Counted from the first letter of the stretch, positions 10,642 through 20,474 are shown. The stretch is 64,000 bases of DNA from Smithellaceae bacterium (GCA_963667845.2 CAXXVL010000002.1:2560001-2624000), one strand, 5' to 3'. Program-made: numbers and translations. Notes: generated by a model from the letters alone, not told the origin.

Positions 10642-10832
10642 AAAGGCGGGGAGCAAGGGAGAAATTCCCGGACATAGCAAAAATGCTCGCTTTCAAAGCA
10701 CAGCGTGCGGCTTGTGTGAAACCTCTTTTGAAAAAAGGAGAGGGGATATGTTGATATCCGATACGCCGGGAAAACGAATTTTCGACATTCATTTTTATGC
10801 TTGTCACAGCATCAGGCGAGGAAAGATTGGAA

Positions 10833-11678
10833 ATGATAAAAAATCGGACGATAACGACGGGGATTCTGTTAATTACATTTTGTATTCTTTTCGGATGTGC
10901 CGGTCTGCCGCAGCCGGAAGAAATGAAGGCTCAGGTTGTCGCTTATCATTTACCCAAACTCCCGGAAAAGGGAGAGGGGCTTGTCTATGTGGTACGTCCG
11001 TCATCACGCTACAAAACAATCAGATTCAATGTGTTCCTCGACAATCAAGATTCGAAGTCCGAAATAGGCTCCACGATGGGGAGCCAGTATATATATTTCA
11101 GTCTGATGCCGGGCGAGCATAAAGTATTGTCAAAAGGTGAAAACTGGGCGGAAACAAGCGTATCGGCAAAAGCAGGGGATATCCTATTTATCTTACAGGA
11201 ACCTGCCATGCCGATACTCAGAGGTGCAAGAAACAAACTCATAAGACTCGATGATTACGAAGGCAAATATCATGTAAAGACTTTAACCTTGGGAACGATC
11301 GCCAATCACAATCCGCCAAATATCGAGACAGCATCAGCACAGGCAGGATTTGCCCGCAATATCCAAGCCGACAGCTATAGAGGAATTGTTACAAATGGTA
11401 GATTTGCAAAAGGGGTGGGCTTTTCCAACATGAACTATAAACTTGAAGTGACAGCCGATAATGGCGACAAAATTATTTCTTATATAAGATCCGACTCTAA
11501 AGTGTTTGACGTCAGTGGCAATCAGGTAGATTGGACTAAGCTTTCCGGATTCAAAGGCAGAAAAGTAGAAATAGAATATTTCACCATAACAGATGCTACA
11601 GGCGGCGACCCGTCGCGCAGCGACTTTGCTTATGAAATCGGCGAAAAAGGAGTACGTGTGCTGCGCTTTCGCGATTGA
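10833..11678 (+). CDS. Lipoprotein, DUF2846-like N-terminal domain plus extra C-terminal domain
   Basis: Signal with LFGC lipobox; GLVYVVRPS...YIYF.L.PGEH pattern. Confidence 0.65.
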   Translation: MIKNRTITTGILLITFCILFGCAGLPQPEEMKAQVVAYHLPKLPEKGEGLVYVVRPSSRYKTIRFNVFLDNQDSKSEIGSTMGSQYIYFSLMPGEHKVLSKGENWAETSVSAKAGDILFILQEPAMPILRGARNKLIRLDDYEGKYHVKTLTLGTIANHNPPNIETASAQAGFARNIQADSYRGIVTNGRFAKGVGFSNMNYKLEVTADNGDKIISYIRSDSKVFDVSGNQVDWTKLSGFKGRKVEIEYFTITDATGGDPSRSDFAYEIGEKGVRVLRFRD

Positions 11679-11751
11679 CCGTTTTCCTTTCTACAAAGCC
11701 TTTCCCGGCAGGGCAGAAAACTCTGGATCGGACAGATCTCGTTCCTTATGG

Positions 11752-12900
11752 AATTAAAGGGACAGTATAATTAATTATTGACAGAGAAAATATTCTTGGA
11801 TAAGTAGTTGCCCATGGTAAGAATAGCGAGAGTCGTTGTCCCCAGGAACCCGCATCATGTTACCCAGCGAGGCAACAGAGCGCAGGATTGCTTTTTTAAC
11901 GAAGATGACTATCGGGAATACGTGGCACTTATGGCAGCTTCGTGTCAACTCCACGGCGTCGAAGTATGGGCCTATTGCCTGATGTGCAATCATGTTAATA
12001 TGATAGCCGTTCCGGAAGAAACCGCTCACCTGAGGAGTGCAATCGGCGAAGCACATCGACGATATACGCGGATGATTAACGGCAGAAATAAGTGGCGGGG
12101 GCATTTGTGGCAGGAGCGGTTTTCGTCATTTCCGCTGGATGAGGCTTATCTCCTGGTCGCAGCGCATTACGTGGAATTAAACCCGGTTCGGGCCCAGCTG
12201 ACTGATGATCCCTGTTCCTATCTGTGGAGCAGTGCCAAATGCCATGTATTGGGACAAGATGATGAACTCGTTACGGTAAAACCTTTGTTGGATCTGGTTC
12301 CTGACTGGAGCGCATTTCTTCAGAAAGAAATAAAAGAGGAAGACTACGAGCAGATACGCCTGCATGAACGGACGGGCCGGCCCCTGGGCGATGAATTTTT
12401 TATACAAAAAGTGGAAACCTCATGTAATCGCATCCTGTGCAAGCAGAAACCCGGACCAAAACGAAAAGTGAGCGAAAAATAAAAGCAGCATTAATTAAGA
12501 TTTAATAAACATTCGTGAATCATATCAAATTGATAAGCGAATTGTCATCATTTTCCTGTCATAAAGTACCATTACACTGACTATTCTATAAAAATCTCTT
12601 AACTTGCCGATAATTCAAACATCTCAAGACGAACGGACCTGAAACCTTTTGGTTGAATGTGGGAAATGGCCGGGACAGTGCGTAAACGCCTGATCTTGCC
12701 GTTTTCCGCAAAGGGCGTTCCGAAGACGCGTGGGGTGTCCTCCCGGCCAAACTAACTAACACATAATATACTGTAATTATTTATATATTATTAAATATAA
12801 CAATTCCGTATATTCATCTGCCGGCGATAGATTAGGAGGTAAAAACTATTATTGACTAACATCAGCTGATGCAATAATTGGGTATACTGTCCCCTTAATT
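11752..12900. mobile_element. Y1/RAYT element bounded by 29-bp imperfect terminal inverted repeats
   Basis: 11752-11780 AATTAAAGGGACAGTATAATTAATTATTG vs reverse complement of 12872-12900 AATTAAGGGGACAGTATACCCAATTATTG (25/29). Confidence 0.65.
11814..12482 (+). CDS. REP-associated tyrosine transposase-like (Y1 HUH) protein
   Basis: PHHVTQRGN, AYCLMCNHVN (HUH degenerate), GHLWQERF, YVELNPVRA, WSS. Confidence 0.88.
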   Translation: MVRIARVVVPRNPHHVTQRGNRAQDCFFNEDDYREYVALMAASCQLHGVEVWAYCLMCNHVNMIAVPEETAHLRSAIGEAHRRYTRMINGRNKWRGHLWQERFSSFPLDEAYLLVAAHYVELNPVRAQLTDDPCSYLWSSAKCHVLGQDDELVTVKPLLDLVPDWSAFLQKEIKEEDYEQIRLHERTGRPLGDEFFIQKVETSCNRILCKQKPGPKRKVSEK

Positions 12901-12986
12901 ATTAGCATAGGGTATACAGTCAATGTGATCTATCAGCATCAAAAAAGAGGGAAAAGTAAACGGTCAAATCAAAAAGGAGAAAACAT

Positions 12987-15350
12987 ATGGTCAGTGTTAC
13001 GTCGAAAGGTGTATCCGGCGGTGCTCGGATAGAAAATTCGAAGAATAAGAGAAGTCAATGGCGAAGCCTGAAAATTATCGTATTTGCTGCACTCGGCATC
13101 GGCCTCATGCTCAGCGGATACGGCTGCGGTGGAGGAGGATCAGAAGGAATTTCAGCCCAGGTGGTGTCCGGTGTCGCTGCGGCCGGGAATACCCTGGCCG
13201 GTGAAGCGGCAATCAAAGATTCACAAGGCACAGAGAGGACAACAGTTATCGCGGGTGATGGGTCATTCGCGCTGGATATCACGGGCCTGAAAGGGCCATT
13301 TATCCTCAGAGCCGTCGGAACCAGCAAAGGAGTAAGCTATACACTTCATTCGTTCGCCGGCGGTCCGGGGATTGCCAATATCAACCCCTTTTCGAACGTA
13401 CTGGTGGCCAGTGCTGCGGGGATTAACGATCCGGCTCAGGTGTATACGAGTCCCGATTCGGCTACACTCAAGAATATTGAGACTAACCTTCCGCAATCGC
13501 TAATCGACCTCAAGGCCAAGCTTAAGCCGCTTTTGCAGAATTTCGCTGCGGAAAACATCAACCCTATTTCAGATCATTATGTAGCGGATGGTAATCATCT
13601 GGACGGCGTTTTTGACGGTGTCACAATATCTCTTGTGGGCGGAGTATTAACCGTCACGAATGCACTGACGAATATCGTCATATTCACGGGTCCGGTAACG
13701 GATATTGCGGCAGGATATTTTAACCCGGATCCGAGTTGTCTGCCCGCGCCCGGTTCACTCCCCGACATTCCCGCCGGACTTTCAGCGACGGCGGGCGCCA
13801 ATCAGGTGACTCTCTCCTGGACCGCGGTCGGCAATGCAACGTCCTATAATATTTACTGGTCAAAAACGGCGGGCGTTACAACGGTCACTGGAACAAAAAT
13901 CGTCGGAGCAACCAATCCCTTTATTCATACGGGTCTTACCGCGGCCACCAAATATTACTATGTCGTTACAGCGGTAAACGGCGCCGGAGAAAGCGCAGCA
14001 TCTGCCGAAGTATCTGCAACAACGAATGCGACGCCGCCTGCTCCAACGCTTCCTGCTGCACCCACGGGGGTGACGGCGACGGGAGGCACGAAACAAGTTA
14101 CTCTCTCCTGGTCGGCAGTTCCCACAGCAACATCGTATAATATTTACTGGGCGACGACATCCGGAGTTACCACAGCCAATGGAACAAAGATTACGGGAGC
14201 GACAAGCCCGGCCGTTCAGACGGGTCTTCCGGACAGCACGACCTACTATTACGTCATAACTGCCGTAAACGCTACCGGCGAAGGTGCTGCCTCGGTGCAG
14301 GTCGCCGCGACCACCATTACTCCGGCTCCGGTTCCCACTATTCCTGCCGCGCCGGCTGGATTGACGGCTACCGGCGGCACCCAGAGTGTCACCCTTTCCT
14401 GGTCGGCGGTTTCACAGGCAACGTCCTATAATCTCTACTGGTCGACGTCGTCCGGAGTTACAAAAGCCAACGGGACCAGAATTGCCGGTGTTACCAGTCC
14501 TTACGTTCAGACGGGATTGTCCGCTGGCACGACGTATTACTATATTGCCACGGCGGTGAACGCTGCGGGAGAAAGCGCTGCTTCATCTCAGGCCAGCGCG
14601 ACGACAGTCGCGCCTCCTCCCGCCGTTCCGGCTGCTCCGACAGGCGTTACGGCCACGGGCGGTTTAAAACAGGTAACGATTACCTGGGCGGCGTCTTCCG
14701 GGGCGACATCGTATAACGTTTACTGGTCGAAAACGGCGGGCGTCACTACGGTGACCGGTACAAAAATTACCGCTGCGGCAAGTCCGTATGTCCAAACCGG
14801 CCTGACGGATGGGACGACTTATTATTACATCGTAACAGCGGCAAATACCTCGGGTGAAAGCGCTGCTTCCTCCCAGGTCACTGCCACGACCACTGCGGCT
14901 CCGCCGACTGTTCCAGCCGCGCCGGCGGGCGTGACGGCCGTAGGCGGCTCAAAGCAGGTGACCGTCTCCTGGTCGCCGGTTTCGGGCGCCACGTCGTATA
15001 ACGTTTACTGGTCAACCACAACGGGTGTTACGACGGCGACCGGAACTAAAATCACCGGAGCGACCAGTCCGTATATTCATACGGGCCGCCTTGACGGCAC
15101 CGCCTATTATTATATTGTAACGGCGGTAAACAGCGCAGGGGAAAGCGCAGCATCTGTCCAGGTGACTGCGACAACGACGGCTGCAGCAGCGAATGGTGCG
15201 GCGCTCTACGCCAGCAAGTGCCAGAGCTGCCACGGTCCGCTGGCCAGCACCGATATTGTGGGCAGAACCCTGCAATCGGTGAAGAACGCCGGAATGACTC
15301 AGGGCTTGACGGACGCAGAGGTGCAGGCCATCATCAGCGTCCTGCCTTAA
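12987..15350 (+). CDS. Surface lipoprotein with five fibronectin type III repeats and C-terminal monohaem cytochrome c
   Basis: Lipobox-like GYGC; 5x P.xP.G..A.GG..QVT.SW...ATSYN.YW...YYY..TAVN..GES; C-terminal GAALYASKCQSCH. Confidence 0.85.
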   Translation: MVSVTSKGVSGGARIENSKNKRSQWRSLKIIVFAALGIGLMLSGYGCGGGGSEGISAQVVSGVAAAGNTLAGEAAIKDSQGTERTTVIAGDGSFALDITGLKGPFILRAVGTSKGVSYTLHSFAGGPGIANINPFSNVLVASAAGINDPAQVYTSPDSATLKNIETNLPQSLIDLKAKLKPLLQNFAAENINPISDHYVADGNHLDGVFDGVTISLVGGVLTVTNALTNIVIFTGPVTDIAAGYFNPDPSCLPAPGSLPDIPAGLSATAGANQVTLSWTAVGNATSYNIYWSKTAGVTTVTGTKIVGATNPFIHTGLTAATKYYYVVTAVNGAGESAASAEVSATTNATPPAPTLPAAPTGVTATGGTKQVTLSWSAVPTATSYNIYWATTSGVTTANGTKITGATSPAVQTGLPDSTTYYYVITAVNATGEGAASVQVAATTITPAPVPTIPAAPAGLTATGGTQSVTLSWSAVSQATSYNLYWSTSSGVTKANGTRIAGVTSPYVQTGLSAGTTYYYIATAVNAAGESAASSQASATTVAPPPAVPAAPTGVTATGGLKQVTITWAASSGATSYNVYWSKTAGVTTVTGTKITAAASPYVQTGLTDGTTYYYIVTAANTSGESAASSQVTATTTAAPPTVPAAPAGVTAVGGSKQVTVSWSPVSGATSYNVYWSTTTGVTTATGTKITGATSPYIHTGRLDGTAYYYIVTAVNSAGESAASVQVTATTTAAAANGAALYASKCQSCHGPLASTDIVGRTLQSVKNAGMTQGLTDAEVQAIISVLP

Positions 15351-15367
15351 AAGCGGTAACACTTAGC

Positions 15368-15399
15368 AAAAGGGGCTCCTGATGGAGCCCCTTTTTTTT
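15368..15399. terminator. Bidirectional intrinsic terminator
   Basis: AAAAGGGGCTCC-TGAT-GGAGCCCCTTTTTTTT between convergent genes. Confidence 0.85.
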
Positions 15400-15450
15400 A
15401 CGTAACGCCGTCTCATTTCTTTTCCGGTGAAGAGTTTTCAGGCCGGCCTT

Positions 15451-17508
15451 CTACAGTTCGCAGGCAACGTTGTGTCCCACGTGGATTGCGTCAAAAGCTT
15501 TGCCGATTTGCCGGGCGTCGCCGATCACCTTGCAGGGAATGTCCTTTTTTTTGCAGATTTCCGCGAGCGGATTGTAGGGTCGGGATCCGAGGGCCAGCAC
15601 AACGGTGTCGGCGGGAATTTCCTGCATGCCGTCTGCTGTTTCGGCGATGACACCGGCCGGCGTAATTTCCTTCGCCTTTGTATTCGTCTTGATGCGGACG
15701 CGATGGCGGTGCATGTCCTGCATCATCCCCCATCTCGTTGACTTGCCGATATCCGGGCCGACATGGTCAAGCATCTCGATGATGACGATTTGTTTGGTTC
15801 CGATCGTCGCGAATTTATAGAGATCCTCAATGGGCTCCGCCCGGTTGACGAACAGGAATTTGACCGCATCGGCGGGCAAGGTGCCTTTTTCGGCCAGGAA
15901 GAGCGCCGTTTCCACGCCGACCGCGCCGCCGCCGATGATCGCGACGCGCGATCCTACGCGAACCCGGGAGGCGAGTACGTCCCAGGCGCCGACGACATGC
16001 GGCAATCCGGCGCCCGGAATGGACGGCACAATTTCCACGGCGCCTGTTGCCAATAATACGATGTCCGGTTTTTCCCTGGCGATGACGTCTTCATTCACCT
16101 CTTCGCCGAGAACAACTCGCTTTACGCCGCTGGGTTCCAGCTGGGCCTGCAAGTCCTTCGCCAGTATGGTAAACTCTTCACGGCCGGGAGGACTTCCGGC
16201 GATCATGAGCTGTCCGCCGAGCTGTCCGCTTCTTTCATAAAGCACCACGTCATGACCGCGCTTTGCCGCCGCGGCTGCCGCGGACATTCCTGCCGGACCG
16301 CCCCCGCAGACCAGTATTTTCTTCGGAGTATCCGTTTTCCCGGAGATTGCCGTGAGTTCATGTCCCGCCAGGGGGTTGCACAGGCATTCCACGGCTTGCA
16401 CCACGAAGAGGTGATCAAAGCACCCTTGGGCGCAGGCAATGCAGTGGATGATTTCGTTTTCTCTGTTTTCGGCCGTCTTTTTCGGCAGGTCGGGATCGGC
16501 GATCAGCGGCCGGCCCATGGCCACCATGTCGCAGAGGTCGTCTTCGATCATCTGGCGGGCTGTCTGCGGATCGTTGATGCGGTGCCCGGCGATGACCGGA
16601 ACGTCGACGCATTCCTTGATTCCCCTGGCCAGATAAGCATAAGCGGCGCGCGGCACTTCCGTGACGAGCTGCGGCACCCGTGCTTCGTGCCACCCGACAT
16701 TCACGGAGATGGCATCTGCGCCGTTCTTAACGATCAGCGCAGTGTATTCCTGAAGGCGGATTCTTCCGATCCCGCTGGCCATCAGATCATTTCCATTGAT
16801 CCGCCACATCACCGGATAGTCGCTGCCCACGGCATTGCGGACTGCCGATGCAATCTCCAAACCGAAGCGCATGCGGTTTTCCCAAGACCCGCCGTATTCG
16901 TCATCCCGTTGATTGGTCAATTCCGATAGAAACTGGCTGATGAGGTAACCCGTCCCGGACAGAATCTCGACAAAGTCAAATCCCGCCTTTTTCGCCCGGA
17001 CGGCCGCAGCGGCAAAATCCCGGACCGTCTGTTTGACTTCTTCCAATTCCAGCGCCCGCGGCGTTTCACGCGTGAAATTGGAGAAGACGGCGGACGGCGC
17101 CACGGCCTGTCTTCCTTCCATCATGATAGAATGGGCATATCGGCCCGCGTGGTTCAATTGCAGGCCCGCTTTTCCGCCCCCCAGTTGCATGGCTTCACGC
17201 AAATGTGACAGCCCCTCGATGAAATCATCTTTATACGCTCCGATAACACCGCCGCCGGAATATTCATTGACGCCGGCATATCCGGCGATCAAGGCGCCCG
17301 CTCCTCCGCGCGCCCGGGCGGCGTAGAAGGCGATGATCCGATCGCCGATATACGGCGTCGTGGTCATGTTGAGATGCATGGCCGGCATCAGAATGCGATT
17401 GGGGACGACCATTTTATTGATGGTGATGGGCGAAAAAAGGACATCGTTTCTTTGAGCCTGCTTATCCTTGTCTGAATTAGTTTGCGATGATTTGTTCAAA
17501 AACTCCAT
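15451..17508 (-). CDS. NADH:flavin oxidoreductase / 2,4-dienoyl-CoA reductase (FadH-like)
   Basis: OYE barrel (QLNHAGR, GYLISQFLS..TNQRDDEYGG), CIACAQGC Fe-S motif, GGGPAG and GGGAVG Rossmann motifs. Confidence 0.88.
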   Translation of the reverse strand: MEFLNKSSQTNSDKDKQAQRNDVLFSPITINKMVVPNRILMPAMHLNMTTTPYIGDRIIAFYAARARGGAGALIAGYAGVNEYSGGGVIGAYKDDFIEGLSHLREAMQLGGGKAGLQLNHAGRYAHSIMMEGRQAVAPSAVFSNFTRETPRALELEEVKQTVRDFAAAAVRAKKAGFDFVEILSGTGYLISQFLSELTNQRDDEYGGSWENRMRFGLEIASAVRNAVGSDYPVMWRINGNDLMASGIGRIRLQEYTALIVKNGADAISVNVGWHEARVPQLVTEVPRAAYAYLARGIKECVDVPVIAGHRINDPQTARQMIEDDLCDMVAMGRPLIADPDLPKKTAENRENEIIHCIACAQGCFDHLFVVQAVECLCNPLAGHELTAISGKTDTPKKILVCGGGPAGMSAAAAAAKRGHDVVLYERSGQLGGQLMIAGSPPGREEFTILAKDLQAQLEPSGVKRVVLGEEVNEDVIAREKPDIVLLATGAVEIVPSIPGAGLPHVVGAWDVLASRVRVGSRVAIIGGGAVGVETALFLAEKGTLPADAVKFLFVNRAEPIEDLYKFATIGTKQIVIIEMLDHVGPDIGKSTRWGMMQDMHRHRVRIKTNTKAKEITPAGVIAETADGMQEIPADTVVLALGSRPYNPLAEICKKKDIPCKVIGDARQIGKAFDAIHVGHNVACEL

Positions 17509-17532
17509 ATAACCTCCGTAAAATTTGAAAAT

Positions 17533-20244
17533 CTACAGCATAATTGCAATGTCGCTGATCGGATAGGTAACGCAGGGATGAATGTAGCCGAATCTCATGT
17601 CCGATTTGCGCAACAGTTCGGACCCGGGATGGAATACCTTGCCGGACATAAGTTTCGTGCGGCAGGCGCTGCATTCGCCGCCGCGGCACAAAGACGGCAC
17701 CGTGACGCCCGCTCGTTCCAGAGCGACAAGAACGGTTTCGCAGGCTTTTGCGGCAAGCTTGCGGCCATCCGGAAGCGTTACGGTAAATTTGTCTTTGCCG
17801 CCGATGCTGTCAGGCCAGCCCGGCAGTTTCGTCGGATCATCGGGCGCCGTCTGGACCTCGCGGCGGATCTGCCGTTCCGGAACCCCCAGCTTTTGCAGCT
17901 CGGGCAGGACAAAATCATACATGGCGGCGGGACCAGAGAGAAAGAATGTGCACTTTGCGACGTCTCCCGCGACATCCTTGATGATGTCCGCCGTGATGAA
18001 GCCCTGACGTTCGCGGCAGTCTGCACCGGGCTCTGAAATGACAGGATGCATCTTGAAGAGTTCTTCTTTTGCAAGCTTGCGCAGCTTCGATTCAAAAAGG
18101 ATATCCTTCTGATTGGCACAGCCGTAGATCAGATCGATCTGATTGCTGCGGCTTAGTTTGTCGAAATCGGTCTGCAGCATACTCATAAAGGGGGTGATGC
18201 CCGAGCCGCCGGCGATGAAAACCAGTCGTTTGCCGTGGACGGCGTCTATCCGGTAGAAATGGCCGGCCGGGCCGGAACTGGTCAACAGATTGCCGACCTT
18301 CAACTTCTTGAGCAGATAGTCCGAAACGAATCCATTTTTGACTTTCCTCACAGTGATTTCATAGTATGCGCGCTCGGTGGCGGGCGAGGAAATACTGTAT
18401 GGCCGGCTGGTGCGGATGCCTTTGATCTCCACGTTCAGATTGATGTACTGGCCGGGAACAAACGGCGGAAGATATCCGCCCACAGGCGCAAGACGGATCG
18501 TTTTGGCGCTTTGAGTCTCTTTCCGGATCTCCGTCACCCGGTATTCGAGGCTCTTCGGGTGAATAACGTCCAGCGCCCGCTTGATGCCGCCGCGGTTGCA
18601 CCGGTGATCGAGATTGTAGCGCTTGCCGATTTCAATTTCTTTTTGAATCGAATCCAGACCGGCCAGTCCTGCAAATTCAGTGGGGGCTCTTTGTTCCCGG
18701 CCTGTCTGATCTTTCAGGATCAGCTTTGCCGCCGAATATCCGGAGGTAAGGGTTGTGTTGAAACCGCCGAAGAGCAGCGATGCGCCGCAGAAATAAAGTC
18801 CCTTGATGGGCGAACGGGGCTGCATCTTGTTGGCGATGAGATCCTTGAAATACGCGTCCACGCCGTAAATGCTGCCGCCGGGCGAGTTGATGTAGCGCAT
18901 CAGCGTAAGCGGGGTGAAGGCTTCCATCTCTTCGATGTGTCCGCGGATATTCGGATGAAACTGATACAGGAAGTCCAGGAGTTTTTCGGCGTATTCCATT
19001 TTTGCGTCGTGATATTTTTCGGGTGGCAGGTTGATCCACGCATCGGCCATCTGGCTGGAAAGAATCGTGAGGACGCTGGTTCCTGTTGCACTACTGTCGG
19101 GATCATCGATGTTATAGCACGACATATACCCGCCGGGGATGACCTGGGTCTGGCGCAGCCCCACATCATAGCGCATCCGCGGCGAGTTGAGCGGCGCGGC
19201 CATGAAGCTTGTGGCGTGTTTGATGCCGGCTTCTTCAGGAGTGCAGTTGAGGCCGATGAAAAGTCCGAAAGACGACATGCTGGGGGTGGAGACGCGCAGA
19301 TCCGCAAACACGCTTTCGGGAACGTGTTGTTCGTCGATCATATCCACGTAAACATTGATCCGGTTGGCATTGCAAAGGACCGTGTCCGCCCGCAAGATAT
19401 CGCCCGCATCCGTCAGAACACCTCTGACCAAACCGTCTTCCACCAGAATTTTTTCCACGGCGGTGTTAAATTTGATGGTGCCGCCCGAGGCCAGAAATTC
19501 ATCAGCGATGGCGCTGGACATGGCCTGGGAGCCGCCCTTCACATAGCAGGTTCCTTCGCCGCGCGCATACAGGGCGGCCAGGGCCACAAAAGGAACGCGA
19601 TCGACGGGCATGCCCAGGTAGCCGAAGAGCGCCCGGTACACGCCCTTCACCATCGGGTTTTTAAAATATCGATCCAGCATTTCCTTGCCGGTTTTGGCGC
19701 CGTATTCAAAGATCAGGGGAGCCTTCTCCCGCGTCAGCGGTTCGTCCTGGGCGATGCTTTCGTACAGCAGGCCCGACTCTTCGCCGATTTTATCCACCAG
19801 GGTCTGATAATCGCGGATTGCGTCGGCGCTGTCCGGAGCGAGCTCCTGAAGCTTTTGCACGAAGCCGTCATGGGAGCCGGGCAGCACGATTTCACCCACG
19901 CCCGGAATCGCCAGGCGGAAAGCGTCTTTTTGCAAAACGAAATCGATTTTATTCCAGACGTTCAGTTCCTCGAAGATTCTGCGCAGAAAACCTTTTTCAC
20001 CGCGGTAGTTGTTGCTGATGTCGTAGAGCTGGTGCAGCGCCACTTCAAATTCGAAGCGGCCGCGCCGGAAGGTCGTGCCGCAGCCGCCGGGGATGTTGTG
20101 CCTCTCCAGCAAAAGGACTTTTTTCCCGGCCTTGCTCAGCGTGAGAGCTCCGGTCAGTCCGCCGTTTCCCGCTCCGACAACGACAGCGTCAAAAACGGAA
20201 TCCTGTTTTACAATGGCTTTTTCTTTCGCATTCGGTGACGGCAT
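17533..20244 (-). CDS. Phytoene-desaturase-like FAD oxidoreductase fused to FNR-type reductase and 2Fe-2S ferredoxin
   Basis: GAGNGGL...ERHNIPGG, FTPLT..RY...GSIYG; RPYSISS, AGGSGITPF; CRGGECSAC...C. Confidence 0.85.
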   Translation of the reverse strand: MPSPNAKEKAIVKQDSVFDAVVVGAGNGGLTGALTLSKAGKKVLLLERHNIPGGCGTTFRRGRFEFEVALHQLYDISNNYRGEKGFLRRIFEELNVWNKIDFVLQKDAFRLAIPGVGEIVLPGSHDGFVQKLQELAPDSADAIRDYQTLVDKIGEESGLLYESIAQDEPLTREKAPLIFEYGAKTGKEMLDRYFKNPMVKGVYRALFGYLGMPVDRVPFVALAALYARGEGTCYVKGGSQAMSSAIADEFLASGGTIKFNTAVEKILVEDGLVRGVLTDAGDILRADTVLCNANRINVYVDMIDEQHVPESVFADLRVSTPSMSSFGLFIGLNCTPEEAGIKHATSFMAAPLNSPRMRYDVGLRQTQVIPGGYMSCYNIDDPDSSATGTSVLTILSSQMADAWINLPPEKYHDAKMEYAEKLLDFLYQFHPNIRGHIEEMEAFTPLTLMRYINSPGGSIYGVDAYFKDLIANKMQPRSPIKGLYFCGASLLFGGFNTTLTSGYSAAKLILKDQTGREQRAPTEFAGLAGLDSIQKEIEIGKRYNLDHRCNRGGIKRALDVIHPKSLEYRVTEIRKETQSAKTIRLAPVGGYLPPFVPGQYINLNVEIKGIRTSRPYSISSPATERAYYEITVRKVKNGFVSDYLLKKLKVGNLLTSSGPAGHFYRIDAVHGKRLVFIAGGSGITPFMSMLQTDFDKLSRSNQIDLIYGCANQKDILFESKLRKLAKEELFKMHPVISEPGADCRERQGFITADIIKDVAGDVAKCTFFLSGPAAMYDFVLPELQKLGVPERQIRREVQTAPDDPTKLPGWPDSIGGKDKFTVTLPDGRKLAAKACETVLVALERAGVTVPSLCRGGECSACRTKLMSGKVFHPGSELLRKSDMRFGYIHPCVTYPISDIAIML

Positions 20245-20370
20245 ATTCCCTCCTTGAAAGCTTTCTCTTATTTTATAATCGGTTTTTCGTTTGCTGCTTC
20301 ACGGTTTTGGTTACGGCCAGGTGGAACGCATCATCACACCTTTCCCGGTTCGATTTCCATCTTTTTTATA

Positions 20371-20385
20371 GCGATTTGCGTGCCA
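20371..20385 (-). promoter_or_regulatory. Sigma-54 -24/-12 promoter
   Basis: Minus strand TGGCACGCAAATCGC (GG-N10-GC). Confidence 0.8.
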
Positions 20386-20435
20386 TAATAAATTCCTTGT
20401 CATTTCAGAAGGTTCTTTATTTCGCTTCACCTGAA

Positions 20436-20474
20436 TTGTCCTATAGTGCAATAAAAAATTGTCCCATGGAGCAA
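20436..20474. promoter_or_regulatory. Two 16-bp putative activator UAS
   Basis: TTGTC-N6-TGCAA (20436) and TTGTC-N6-AGCAA (20459); same 23-bp spacing as at 4631/4654. Confidence 0.5.

Noticed and set aside
12605..12680. c-di-GMP-I (GEMM) riboswitch, 6S or SRP RNA call
   Set aside because: Lacks the GACGCAAAG-type core, the 6S closing stem and the SRP GGAAGGAAGCAGC motif; kept only as an unassigned hairpin.
18235..20238. 667-aa plus-strand ORF
   Set aside because: Antisense shadow of the motif-rich oxidoreductase fusion.
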